Shown: piece by piece, positions 24,308-33,837 of the stretch
How positions within the stretch are numbered: position 1 is the stretch's first letter
How the letters are laid out: each line of letters starts with the position of its first letter
Source of the DNA: Gammaproteobacteria bacterium
GTDB taxonomy: Bacteria; Pseudomonadota; Gammaproteobacteria; UBA1113
Direction of reading: 5' to 3'
Length of the DNA stretch: 37,014 nt
NCBI GenBank assembly: GCA_044369355.1
Contig: JBIPMB010000001.1
Span: forward strand, 1 to 37,014
Notes under the pieces: model-generated
Database searches by the model: none
The model's input: only the letters and a program-made list of their open reading frames with translations
What the model was told of the DNA's origin: nothing
Made by a program: the position numbers and the translations under genes

Positions 24308-24333
24308 CCTAAGAATCAAATGCGAAGAGTATA
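24308..24333. repeat. 26-bp fragment identical to the left terminus of the 131-bp element (inverted)
   Basis: CCTAAGAATCAAATGCGAAGAGTATA is the exact reverse complement of 9596..9621. Confidence 0.8.
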
Positions 24334-24334
24334 C

Positions 24335-24565
24335 TTACTTATCACAGCCATAGGCGCTGTACAGTCCCACCAGCCTTTGACGCTCTGGCGTAGTCCCTAC
24401 CTCAGGTTCTAGAACATTATCGCCACTGGCGCCCAATTGTGCTAGAATATGGTTGCATTCCTTTTGTCGTGTAGCGTTTCCACTGTAGTCCATAGCATTG
24501 GGATCAGCTTGGCAAGCGCATAATACCAGGGTCATTAAGGCTATGGGTAAGCTGTGTTTTAACAT
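24335..24565 (-). CDS. Small putative lipoprotein (76 aa)
   Basis: The N-terminus MLKHSLPIALMTLVLCAC is a signal peptide with a lipobox-like LCAC. An AAAGGA RBS precedes the ATG at 24565, so the longer listed ORF start is unlikely. Confidence 0.55.
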   Translation of the reverse strand: MLKHSLPIALMTLVLCACQADPNAMDYSGNATRQKECNHILAQLGASGDNVLEPEVGTTPERQRLVGLYSAYGCDK

Positions 24566-24633
24566 GTTGAGATCCTTTTTAGGTTGAGACAATAAGGAAC
24601 CTATTATATTAGACATAATCTATCGGAGTCAAA

Positions 24634-26925
24634 GTGAGTCGTAAATTTAGCAAAAAGGACCCCCAACAAACCCATGATGCTGCGGGACAGTACCCTTTCC
24701 CCATCCCCAGCCGGGAATATATCCTTAAATACCTCGAAGATGTGGGGACACCTCTGCAACGCGAGCGTTTGGAAAAAGCCTTCGATATGCAAACGCCAGA
24801 AGAACAAGAGGCATTGCGCCGTCGATTGCGCGCTATGCTGCGTGATGGTCAGCTATTGCTAAACCGTAAAGAAGAATACGCTATGGTCGATAAATTATCA
24901 TTATTAAAAGGTCAAGTAGTTGCACATCGCGATGGTTTTGGCTTTGTGGTGGTTGACAAAAGTATGCCGGATTTGTTTTTGTCAGAACGAGAAATGCGTA
25001 ATATTTTTCATGGCGATAAAGTATTGGTACGTGTTATAGGAGAAGATAGGCGCGGTCGTAAAATGGCGAGCGTGGTTGAAGTCTTAGAACGCAATGCTGC
25101 GCAGATTGTAGGTCAATATTTGGTTGAAAATGGCGTAGGCTTTGTGGTGCCAGAAAATCGCACTATTTATCAAGATATTCTGATTTTGCCGGAAGACAAG
25201 GGTGAGGCAAAACCAGGTGAAATTGTCACGGTGGAAGTGATTACTCCTATCAATAGACGTACTGCGCCCGTAGGACGTATTAAAAATATTTTAGGTGAGG
25301 CGATGTCTTCGGGCATGGAAATCGAAATTGCCACGCGTGCACACGGCTTATCCTTTACCTGGCCTGAGGGCGTAGAGGCGGCAGCCAAAAGTTTAGGTAA
25401 AAGCGTACACATTAGAGACAAAGAATCGCGCACAGATCTGCGCCATCTAAATTTTGTCACTATAGATGGTGAAGATGCCAAGGATTTTGATGATGCTGTA
25501 TTTTGTAAACAAAAGAGCGATGGTTGGGCACTTTATGTGGCCATTGCCGATGTAGCCCATTATGTTAAACCGGGCAAACCTTTAGATGACGAAGCAGCTA
25601 AACGTGGCAATTCAGTCTATTTCCCCAGTAAAGTTATTCCGATGTTGCCCGAGGGCTTATCCAATGGTTTATGTTCGTTAAAACCAAAGGTTGATCGCTT
25701 GTGCCTGGTATGCGATATACGCTTGGATGGAAATGGTGAAATTCTACGCTATCGTTTTTATGAAGCAGTGATCCATTCTCAGGCAAGACTAACTTATACT
25801 GAAGTCGCCAGTATTTTAGTGGATAAAGATCCTGTGCTCCGAAAAACATATAAATCGTCGATACCTTCCTTAGAAAACTTATATGCGGCCTATCATAAAC
25901 TCTATAAGAATCGTCAGAAACGTGGTGCTATTGATTTTGAAATGCCGGAGCCATGTATTATTTTTAATGAACAAGGTAAAATAGATAAGATCATCGCCAA
26001 ATATCGCAATGATGCACATAAGTTGATTGAAGAATGCATGTTGGCAGCTAATGTATGCGCGGCAGATTTTCTATTAAAAAATAAAATGCCGGGGTTGTTT
26101 CGTGTGCATGAAGGGCCTAATCCTGAAAAACTGGAAGCCTTGCGCAAATTATTAAGTGAAAAAGGCCTGGCGTTATCCGGAGGCGAGAAACCTAAACCCA
26201 AAGATTACGCTAAATTAATGAAGCAAATTGAAGGCCGCGCCGATAGCAATGTGCTACAAACCTTATTACTGCGTTCCTTAAGTCAAGCGGTGTATCAAGG
26301 CGATAATTGTGGGCACTTTGGTTTGGCTTATGATGCTTATACCCATTTTACTTCACCTATACGTCGTTATCCCGATCTATTAGTACATAGGGCCATACGC
26401 CATATTTTAGAAAAAAAACGTCCTAGTACTTTCCGTTATTCTAAGGCGGAATTACAAACTTTGGCCGAGCATTGTTCTGCTACCGAAAGACGTGCCGATG
26501 AAGCGACGCGCGATGTAGTCGATTGGTTAAAATGCGAATATATGTCTAGCCGTTTAGGACAAGAGTACGATGGCAAAGTCACTAGTGTGACTTCATTCGG
26601 TTTGTTTGTAGCATTGAACGACGAGTTTATTGAAGGTTTGGTGCATGTAACCTCGCTTAAAAATGATTATTATCGCTACGATGCTATACGTCATCAATTA
26701 ATCGGTGAAGCGACGAAATCCAGCTACAGCTTAGGTGATAAAGTACGCATACGTGTGATAAGAGTCGATTTAAATCAGCGCAAAATAGATTTTGATTTAT
26801 TACAAACAGAAGCTGATCGTCCTAAAAAGAAAAAAGCTAAAGCAGCTATAAAAGAAGCCCCTAAAAAAGATGCTAAGAAGGAGCCTAAAAAGCGTTTCTG
26901 GCAAAAGTCAAAGGCAAAGAAATGA
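24634..26925 (+). CDS. rnr: Ribonuclease R
   Basis: It has the RNB catalytic region (TIDGEDAKDFDDAV), a C-terminal S1 domain and a Lys-rich tail. It uses a GTG start with GGAG upstream. Confidence 0.95.
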   Translation: MSRKFSKKDPQQTHDAAGQYPFPIPSREYILKYLEDVGTPLQRERLEKAFDMQTPEEQEALRRRLRAMLRDGQLLLNRKEEYAMVDKLSLLKGQVVAHRDGFGFVVVDKSMPDLFLSEREMRNIFHGDKVLVRVIGEDRRGRKMASVVEVLERNAAQIVGQYLVENGVGFVVPENRTIYQDILILPEDKGEAKPGEIVTVEVITPINRRTAPVGRIKNILGEAMSSGMEIEIATRAHGLSFTWPEGVEAAAKSLGKSVHIRDKESRTDLRHLNFVTIDGEDAKDFDDAVFCKQKSDGWALYVAIADVAHYVKPGKPLDDEAAKRGNSVYFPSKVIPMLPEGLSNGLCSLKPKVDRLCLVCDIRLDGNGEILRYRFYEAVIHSQARLTYTEVASILVDKDPVLRKTYKSSIPSLENLYAAYHKLYKNRQKRGAIDFEMPEPCIIFNEQGKIDKIIAKYRNDAHKLIEECMLAANVCAADFLLKNKMPGLFRVHEGPNPEKLEALRKLLSEKGLALSGGEKPKPKDYAKLMKQIEGRADSNVLQTLLLRSLSQAVYQGDNCGHFGLAYDAYTHFTSPIRRYPDLLVHRAIRHILEKKRPSTFRYSKAELQTLAEHCSATERRADEATRDVVDWLKCEYMSSRLGQEYDGKVTSVTSFGLFVALNDEFIEGLVHVTSLKNDYYRYDAIRHQLIGEATKSSYSLGDKVRIRVIRVDLNQRKIDFDLLQTEADRPKKKKAKAAIKEAPKKDAKKEPKKRFWQKSKAKK

Positions 26926-27650
26926 ATGTGATCTATGGTCAGCACAGTGTCAAGGCAGCCCTCAGCGAAGGACGTTTACCACAAACACTCTACACGCATA
27001 AAGCAAAGGCCGCTGCCGTGCGTCAATTTTTATTAGATCTAGACTGTAAAGTCCCGGTTAAGATTGTAGAGCCCAGTGTTTTAGATGAAATGACGACGGA
27101 TGCTAATCATCAAGGCTGGGTGGCTGTATATGCTAAAGCGGTGAAAATGTATCATGAAGATAAATTAACGGAGCTTTTGGCTGAACAGACAAAACCTTTA
27201 TTTCTGGTTTTAGATGGCGTACAAGATCCACATAATTTAGGCGCGTGCTTACGCAGTGCCGATGCTGCGGGCGTTACCGCGGTTATTATTCCTAAGGATA
27301 ATGCAGTAGGATTAACGCCTACGGTGCAAAAGGTAGCGAGTGGTGCTGCGGAAAGTGTGATCCTCATTCAAGTCACCAATCTGGCGCGTAGCTTACAAGA
27401 ATTAAAACAAGCTGGAGTGTGGTTATATGGCTTAAGCGATGATGCGACCACTTCATTGTATAAGATCAACTTAACGGGTTCTGTTGCTTTAATATTAGGC
27501 GCCGAAGATAAAGGTTTGCGTCGCTTAACCCGCGAAGCCGCCGATGCTTTAGTGTTCTTACCTATGTTAGGCCAAGTTTCCAGTCTTAATGTTTCCGTCG
27601 CAACCGGTGTTTGTTTGTATGAAGCATTGCGGCAACGGGGATTGGCGTAG
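26922..27650 (+). CDS. rlmB: 23S rRNA (guanosine-2'-O)-methyltransferase RlmB (SpoU/TrmH family)
   Basis: SpoU motifs are present (LDGVQDPHNLGACLRSA, GAEDKGLR, SLNVSVA). It overlaps rnr by ATGA, and the rnr-rlmB order is conserved. Confidence 0.9.
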   Translation: MNVIYGQHSVKAALSEGRLPQTLYTHKAKAAAVRQFLLDLDCKVPVKIVEPSVLDEMTTDANHQGWVAVYAKAVKMYHEDKLTELLAEQTKPLFLVLDGVQDPHNLGACLRSADAAGVTAVIIPKDNAVGLTPTVQKVASGAAESVILIQVTNLARSLQELKQAGVWLYGLSDDATTSLYKINLTGSVALILGAEDKGLRRLTREAADALVFLPMLGQVSSLNVSVATGVCLYEALRQRGLA

Positions 27651-27677
27651 AAATTTTGATTGGCTTGACCGCAGATC

Positions 27678-27705
27678 TGTTGTAGGGGCGGCTCGCGAGC
27701 CGCCC
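27678..27705. repeat. GTAGGGGC-type REP-like hairpin between convergent genes
   Basis: TTGTAGGGGCGGCTCGCGAGCCGCCC is identical over 26 nt to 24177..24202. It contains the 20-nt perfect palindrome GGGCGGCTCGCGAGCCGCCC. Confidence 0.8.
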
Positions 27706-27743
27706 GAATAGCCCTGTGAATTATAAATTCTTAATATCTTTTA

Positions 27744-28976
27744 TTACTCCACAACCGCCTGCATAGGTTCTTCCGCGCGTATAGCCCAGGTGTAAAAACT
27801 AAAGCCAATGAATATAAAAGCAGCGCAAGCTGTAGCAATCGATGTAGCGCTTTGAACATTGATCAAACTCATCAGAAAACCAGAAAATGTGGCTATACAT
27901 AGATAGATTAGGCTCGCAATGGCTGCGGCGCTGCCCGCCATTTCCCTAAATAGACTCATCGTTGCGCCCATGCACGTGGGGTACAGTATGCCGTTAGAAA
28001 AATACAAAACCGCTGTAGGAATCAGTATTGCCCATACATTGTTGCTGTAATAATGAGTTATTAAAACGCCCAGTAAAGCGCATATTAAAGCCATCGGCAG
28101 ACCTATAGACAATATTTTCTGTGATGTAAAACGTTTAATTAAGGCTCTACAAAAGAATGTGCCACATAAAGCGATGATTCCCAAACAAAAAGCAGCATGA
28201 CCAAAAAAGATAGGGGTATACCCTAATTTCTTTTCAATGAAAAAAGGCCCTAGGCTATTAAAGACTACAAGAAAAGAAAAAAGACAGCCCATTAATACAC
28301 CGATGCTCATGAAAACCTTGTGGCGCAACAGTAGTGAAAAATTATTTTTAACGCGTTTAAAACTCAAAGCAGTACGTTTATGATGAGTTTCTGGTAACCA
28401 CAACAAACAAGCGATTAGGCTGATGAAACCGTAAACGGCAAAAAATAAGAAATTAGCCTGCCAACCTATGTAGACTTGTAAGTAGCTGCCGATAACAGGC
28501 CCAATGATAGGGCCTAGAGCCCACATCGTCGCCAACCATGCAGCGGTACGCAACAAGGCGGGCCCAGTCAATAAATCCACTGCGACTGAACGCATGAGTA
28601 CGCCAAAGGTGCCTATGGCAACTCCCTGCAATAGCCGCGATAATAATAAAATAGAAGGATAGGGCCATAATGCGGGTAATATGCTGACAATAACCAATAG
28701 AATAAAACCGCTTAATATTAAAGGACGGCGACCCCAGGTTTCAGATAATATTCCACTGAAAAAAGTACTGATTGCACCGCCTATGATAAAAAAAGTGATG
28801 AGATCTTTAGCAACCATGGGGGACGTGTGTAAAGCATGATTGATAGCGGGAAGCGATGGCGCAATTAAATCTATACCCATGCCCATCAATGGCATAAAAC
28901 ACATGAGCATGGCGATAATGCCACGTTTTCTGGCTTCTGAAAGGGGCGGGTGAGTGCTGTTATATTCTATAGCCAT
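27744..28976 (-). CDS. MFS transporter (DHA1/Bcr-CflA-like), paralog 1
   Basis: It has 12 predicted TM segments and the loop motif SETWGRRPL. By eye it is roughly two-thirds identical to 30141..31367. Confidence 0.9.
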   Translation of the reverse strand: MAIEYNSTHPPLSEARKRGIIAMLMCFMPLMGMGIDLIAPSLPAINHALHTSPMVAKDLITFFIIGGAISTFFSGILSETWGRRPLILSGFILLVIVSILPALWPYPSILLLSRLLQGVAIGTFGVLMRSVAVDLLTGPALLRTAAWLATMWALGPIIGPVIGSYLQVYIGWQANFLFFAVYGFISLIACLLWLPETHHKRTALSFKRVKNNFSLLLRHKVFMSIGVLMGCLFSFLVVFNSLGPFFIEKKLGYTPIFFGHAAFCLGIIALCGTFFCRALIKRFTSQKILSIGLPMALICALLGVLITHYYSNNVWAILIPTAVLYFSNGILYPTCMGATMSLFREMAGSAAAIASLIYLCIATFSGFLMSLINVQSATSIATACAAFIFIGFSFYTWAIRAEEPMQAVVE

Positions 28977-29009
28977 AATCTTTAACTCTGATCAATAAAC
29001 TTATAAAGA

Positions 29010-29038
29010 ATAATTACATGTTATATAAGGTATGTCAA
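29010..29038 (-). promoter_or_regulatory. Sigma70-like promoter for MFS paralog 1
   Basis: On the minus strand: TTGACA, 17-nt spacer, AATTAT, about 34 nt upstream of the ATG. Motif match only. Confidence 0.35.
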
Positions 29039-29274
29039 TTTAACATAAATGCTGCACGTAATACCCACAAAAAAGTATTTTAAAAAAAGTTAAAAAAACT
29101 ATTGACAAGTATTGAAACGAGGGTCTAGTATGTATCTGTGACTCGAGATTTTTCGAGCCATCCTTATCCAGGTTTTTTAATTCTAACTCTATGCCACATA
29201 GAACAACGCTTCTAAAAATTGCAAAGGCTTTAGACTTGGATGCTGTTCCTGTATCGACTCGATGGGCGAAATGA

Positions 29275-30096
29275 CTATGGATCTATTGTAGGCCTATTTT
29301 GACTTCTTAAATCAGCAATTACTTCTTGTTTCAAAAAAGCGGCTATCCATGGTTCTTCTCTATCTGCCCATATCTTAACATAATGTCCTTGTCCATCATG
29401 ATAATTTTCGCACGGTTTCTTTACTTCCCCTATCTTGATCAACCCTACGCTGAAACGATCTTCTGAAACAGGCATAGTTATTTCTTGAGCATCTTGATTA
29501 GAATGATAATAGGTCAGTTCTAAGTGACAATCTATTTTTCCTGTAGACAAAATGATACCATCAAACCCAGCATGATTTTCAAACGCTGCAATTTTCTTAA
29601 ACTTAAGTTCAGTTTCAAAATAAAATTGTGCTTTATTCAAAGAGTGAGAGGGCATAGCGATTCTAGCGTTATATCTAGAATATGCATTCTTACAGAGTAC
29701 AATCCTAAATTGATCTGGTAACAAAAAAGTAGTGCCATATAAATCCCAATAAGGATTAAACGCAGCAACTTTTTCAGCACCACAAAAATATAACTTTCCA
29801 CAAAGTGTATGAAACTTTTCTTCATCATTTAAATAAAATACTAATAGATGTTCTTCCGATAAAGGCTCTTTATGACTATCACTTTGGGTCAGAAAAAGCA
29901 GTAAATCTTTGCTCAATGTGGGATTATGCAAAATGTGAGAGAGCCCATCTTCCGCCTGCCAAATACAGTTAAAACCTAAAGATGTAGATAACATTTTGGA
30001 TAAATTGCTGACATTACTAGTTGAAAAATTTAATATAATTGCTTTAGTCTCATCTATTTTAGTTGGTTGAAACATAGGTGTAGATACTGTAAACAT
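29275..30096 (-). CDS. Hypothetical 273-aa protein, possibly two tandem VOC (glyoxalase/bleomycin-resistance fold) domains
   Basis: It is a clean ORF that looks visibly AT-richer than its neighbours. The segments HLLVFYLNDEE...NPYWDLYGTTFLLPDQFRIVL and FENHAGFDGIILS...HLELTYY resemble VOC-family patterns as I recall them. The domain call is tentative. Confidence 0.55.
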   Translation of the reverse strand: MFTVSTPMFQPTKIDETKAIILNFSTSNVSNLSKMLSTSLGFNCIWQAEDGLSHILHNPTLSKDLLLFLTQSDSHKEPLSEEHLLVFYLNDEEKFHTLCGKLYFCGAEKVAAFNPYWDLYGTTFLLPDQFRIVLCKNAYSRYNARIAMPSHSLNKAQFYFETELKFKKIAAFENHAGFDGIILSTGKIDCHLELTYYHSNQDAQEITMPVSEDRFSVGLIKIGEVKKPCENYHDGQGHYVKIWADREEPWIAAFLKQEVIADLRSQNRPTIDP

Positions 30097-30140
30097 AGCT
30101 GCCTCCTAATTTTTACTTAAGCAGTGCTGCGAGAGAAATT

Positions 30141-31367
30141 TTATTCCGCCACCACTTGTTCAGCCCTCTTACTCCGCATTGCCCAGGCATACAACACAAA
30201 ACCAACGAATATAAAGGCGGCGCTGGTGTAGGCAATTGGTCTAGAACTTTGAACGCTGATCATGCTGGCCAGAAAACCAGAACCCATAGTTACACCTAAA
30301 TTGATTAAGGTAGTAACACCGCCGGCACTGCCCGCCAGTTCTTTAAACATGCTCATTGTTATACCCATACAAGTGGGATACAGTACGCCGTTAGAAAAGA
30401 ACAAGAAAGCAGTGGGAATGAGTATTGCCCACACATTATGACTAAAAGAAGTCATTACAACACCGACCAAGGAAAATATTAAAACTATGGGCGTACCTGT
30501 AGACAATATTTTTTTCGGGTCTACATATTTGACCAAAACGCGACAACAAAATGTTCCAGACAAGAAGACGAGTCCCAAACAAAAAGCGGCGTGACCAAAA
30601 AATATAGGGGAATGACCTAACTTTTTCTCAATGAAAAAAGGCCCTAAAGTGTTAAAAATGATAAGAGTAGAATAAAGGCAACCCATTAACACACTGACGC
30701 TTACGAAAATTTTATCGCGTAACAGAATGGCAAAGTTATTTTTAATGCGCGTTACACTTAATGCCGGGCGTTTATGTTTATGGTGTGTTTCAGGCAACCA
30801 TAGAAAACAGGCTACAGCCCCTACAAGGCCATAAACCGCAAAAAATAAAAAACAAGCCTGCCAGCCTATATACACTTGTAAATAACCGCCAATGATGGGT
30901 CCAATGATAGGGCCGATACCCCACATCGTTGCTACCCATGAAGCGGTACGCAATAAAGTCGTTCCAGTTAGTAAGTCGGCTATGACGGAACGCATTAACA
31001 CACTAAAAGTGCCTATCGCTAAACCTTGTAACAAGCGAGATAATAATAAAATAGAGGGGTAAGGATAAAGTGGTGGTATTACACTGACAATAACCAATAA
31101 AGTAAAACCGATTAACATAAGACGGCGACGTCCCCAGGTATCCGATAATATGCCGCTCAAAAAAGTGCCGCTCATCAAACCCATTAAATAAATAGCGATG
31201 AGATCTTTGGCGACCATGGGAGAGATGTGTAAAGTCTGATTGATGGCGGGCAGTGAAGGCGCAATTAAATCAATACCCATCCCTACTAACGGTAGAAAAC
31301 ACAATAACATCCTAACGATGGCGCGTGTTTTGGCTTCTGAAAGGGGTAGTTCATGGGATGAGGTCAC
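30141..31367 (-). CDS. MFS transporter (DHA1/Bcr-CflA-like), paralog 2
   Basis: It has 12 predicted TM segments and the loop motif SDTWGRRRL, and is a paralog of 27744..28976. Confidence 0.9.
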   Translation of the reverse strand: MTSSHELPLSEAKTRAIVRMLLCFLPLVGMGIDLIAPSLPAINQTLHISPMVAKDLIAIYLMGLMSGTFLSGILSDTWGRRRLMLIGFTLLVIVSVIPPLYPYPSILLLSRLLQGLAIGTFSVLMRSVIADLLTGTTLLRTASWVATMWGIGPIIGPIIGGYLQVYIGWQACFLFFAVYGLVGAVACFLWLPETHHKHKRPALSVTRIKNNFAILLRDKIFVSVSVLMGCLYSTLIIFNTLGPFFIEKKLGHSPIFFGHAAFCLGLVFLSGTFCCRVLVKYVDPKKILSTGTPIVLIFSLVGVVMTSFSHNVWAILIPTAFLFFSNGVLYPTCMGITMSMFKELAGSAGGVTTLINLGVTMGSGFLASMISVQSSRPIAYTSAAFIFVGFVLYAWAMRSKRAEQVVAE

Positions 31368-31456
31368 TTTTCAACCTTTATTAGAATAATTCCTTGAGTA
31401 ATAATCTCATTTTGAGGGGGCTTTGTCAAGACTATAAGCAGCCTTAGCCCAGCACT

Positions 31457-31485
31457 TTGACAGTCGCTATAAAACCAGGTAAAAT
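31457..31485 (+). promoter_or_regulatory. Sigma70-like promoter for rpmF-plsX-fab
   Basis: TTGACA, 17-nt spacer, TAAAAT, about 35 nt upstream of rpmF. Motif match only. Confidence 0.5.
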
Positions 31486-31520
31486 CGCCTCAATTTTAAA
31501 GCATAATCGGGAGTAAACCA

Positions 31521-31718
31521 ATGGCTGTACAACAAACGCGCAAATCGCACTCTAAAACGGGTATGCGTCGCGCCCACGATTTCTTAACAGGCCCAACTTT
31601 ATCCAGTGATCCGACCACAGGTGAATTGCACCGTCGTCACCACATCACGAAAGAAGGCTATTATCGTGGTAAAAAAGTCTTAGAAAACAAAGCTTTAGAT
31701 ATTTCAGACGAAGACTAG
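31521..31718 (+). CDS. rpmF: 50S ribosomal protein L32
   Basis: The translation begins [20 protein letters not shown]..., which is characteristic of L32. Confidence 0.97.
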   Translation: MAVQQTRKSHSKTGMRRAHDFLTGPTLSSDPTTGELHRRHHITKEGYYRGKKVLENKALDISDED

Positions 31719-31737
31719 GTTAAGACAACTAAAAATT

Positions 31738-32763
31738 ATGTCTACTACTATCACTGTAGCGCTGGATGCCATGGGCGGCGACCACGGACCACCGGTCATC
31801 GTGCCCGCAGCATTAAGCGCTCTGGACTATTATCCGCAATTATCCCTCATTCTAGTAGGGGATGAGACCGTATTAAAATCATTACTCATCAAAAAACGCT
31901 ACGATACCAGCCGCTTGCGCGTACATCATGCCAGTGAACAAGTGGCTATGGATGAAGCGCCAGCGCAAGCCTTGCGTTACAAAAAAGATTCTTCTATGCG
32001 CGTGGCGCTCAATCTAGTTAAAGAGGGAATAGCCAGCGCTTGTGTGAGCGCGGGTAATACCGGTGCCTTATTAGCGACGGCGCGGTTTGTGTTAAAAATG
32101 TTACCGGGTATAGATCGCCCGGCACTCATTGGTTTGATGCCTACCACGGTCGGTAACACTATGGTACGAGTATTGGATTTAGGTGCAAACATCGACTCTA
32201 CCGCTACACACTTATTACAATTTGCTGCAATGGGACACATAGTCTCGCATGCCATCGATGGCGTGGATAAACCGCGCATCGCTTTACTGAATATAGGTGA
32301 AGAAGAAATTAAAGGCAATGAAGTCATTAAACAAGCATCGCAATTATTTGCAGCGCAATCCTCTCTAAATTACATAGGTTTTGTGGAAGCCAACGATTTA
32401 TTTACCGGTAAAGCAGATGTCATAGTGTGCGATGGTTTTATAGGTAATATTGCTTTAAAGGCTTGCGAAGGTACGGCGCGGATGTTGTTACAAATTTTTA
32501 AAGCAGCTATACAAAAAAGTATTTTAGCGCGTTTAGCGATTCCTTTTTTATTGCCCGTATTAAACAAAACAAAAAAACAGTTTGACCCAGCGCGTTATAA
32601 TGGCGCTTCTTTTTTAGGATTAAATGGCGTTGTTGTAAAAAGTCATGGTAATGCTAAAGAAGTTGCTTTTCGTATGGCGATTTATCAGGCCTTAAGACAA
32701 GCCGAGCAAGCAGTACCGCAACAAATCGCCAGCCGGGTAGAAATAACTTTAGCGAATACATAA
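31738..32763 (+). CDS. plsX: Phosphate acyltransferase PlsX
   Basis: ALDAMGGDHGP near the N-terminus and the full-length match identify PlsX, and the rpmF-plsX-fabH order is conserved. Confidence 0.97.
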   Translation: MSTTITVALDAMGGDHGPPVIVPAALSALDYYPQLSLILVGDETVLKSLLIKKRYDTSRLRVHHASEQVAMDEAPAQALRYKKDSSMRVALNLVKEGIASACVSAGNTGALLATARFVLKMLPGIDRPALIGLMPTTVGNTMVRVLDLGANIDSTATHLLQFAAMGHIVSHAIDGVDKPRIALLNIGEEEIKGNEVIKQASQLFAAQSSLNYIGFVEANDLFTGKADVIVCDGFIGNIALKACEGTARMLLQIFKAAIQKSILARLAIPFLLPVLNKTKKQFDPARYNGASFLGLNGVVVKSHGNAKEVAFRMAIYQALRQAEQAVPQQIASRVEITLANT

Positions 32764-32770
32764 AAAAGAA

Positions 32771-32810
32771 CGTAGGGGCAGGCCCCTGTGCCTGCTCAAT
32801 AGGGTAAGCA
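32771..32810. repeat. GTAGGGGC-type REP-like half element (plsX/fabH spacer)
   Basis: CGTAGGGGCAGGCCCCTGTGCCTGCTCAATAGGG closely resembles 22545..22578 (CGTAGGGGCAGGCCTCCGTGCCTGTCCTAAAGGG). Confidence 0.55.
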
Positions 32811-32853
32811 CAGGCTGTTTCTGTGCACTGACGCATCCCGTGAGGAGTAAATA

Positions 32854-33816
32854 ATGAAATACAGCCGCATAGCAGGAACCGGTAGTTATCTGCCGAAAAA
32901 AATTGTTACCAACGAAGAACTCGCTCAAAAAGTAGATACTACCGATGAATGGATCGTTTCACGCACCGGTATTCGTGCGCGTCACGTGTCTAGTCCAGAA
33001 GAAACTTCTTCCTATATGGGCTATCATGCGGGTTTACGTGCTTTGGAAGCCGCGGGGCTCAGTGCGAATGATCTGGATATGATCATCGTTGCTACGACTA
33101 CTCCAGACAAAGGTTTACCTAACACCGCGTGTTTGTTGCAAGACCGTTTAGGCATCACCAACATTCCTGCATTTGATATTACGGTCGCTTGCGCGGGCTT
33201 TGTTTATGCACTATCGGTTGCCGATCAATACCTACGCGGCGGCATGATGAAAACCATATTAGTAGTAGGGGTCGATGTATTAACCGCGGTCACCAATTGG
33301 GACGATCGCAGTACATGCGTGCTATTTGGCGATGGTGCGGGTGCGGTTATCCTACAAGCCACAGATAAACCAGGTATTTTATCGACGCATCTACATGCGG
33401 ATGGTCGTCAAAAAGACAGCTTATACATTCCTACCTGGTTACCAGGGCAGAGCAAAGAAGATGAATTATCTTACATACATATGGATGGCCGAGAAGTATT
33501 TCGTTTTGCGGTAAAAGCTTTAGGCCAAGTGGTGGAAGAAGCGTTGGCCGCTAATCACATGTCACAAACAGACATAGATTGGTTTATTCCACATCAAGCC
33601 AATTTACGCATCATTACTGCTTTGGCCGAAAAATTAAAACTATCACTGGATAAAGTGGTGATAACGGTAGATCGTCATGCCAACACTTCAGCTGCTTCTG
33701 TACCTTTAGCTCTAGATGAAGCAGTGCGTGATGGACGCATACAACGCGGTCAAACTTTATTATTGGAAGCCATAGGCGGCGGTTTTGTGTGGGGCGCTGC
33801 GTTAATTATTTATTAA
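32854..33816 (+). CDS. fabH: 3-oxoacyl-ACP synthase III
   Basis: The active-site context ACAGFVYAL and the HQAN and GGGF motifs are present. Confidence 0.97.
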   Translation: MKYSRIAGTGSYLPKKIVTNEELAQKVDTTDEWIVSRTGIRARHVSSPEETSSYMGYHAGLRALEAAGLSANDLDMIIVATTTPDKGLPNTACLLQDRLGITNIPAFDITVACAGFVYALSVADQYLRGGMMKTILVVGVDVLTAVTNWDDRSTCVLFGDGAGAVILQATDKPGILSTHLHADGRQKDSLYIPTWLPGQSKEDELSYIHMDGREVFRFAVKALGQVVEEALAANHMSQTDIDWFIPHQANLRIITALAEKLKLSLDKVVITVDRHANTSAASVPLALDEAVRDGRIQRGQTLLLEAIGGGFVWGAALIIY

Positions 33817-33837
33817 AAAAAGGTGCAAATAATTACT

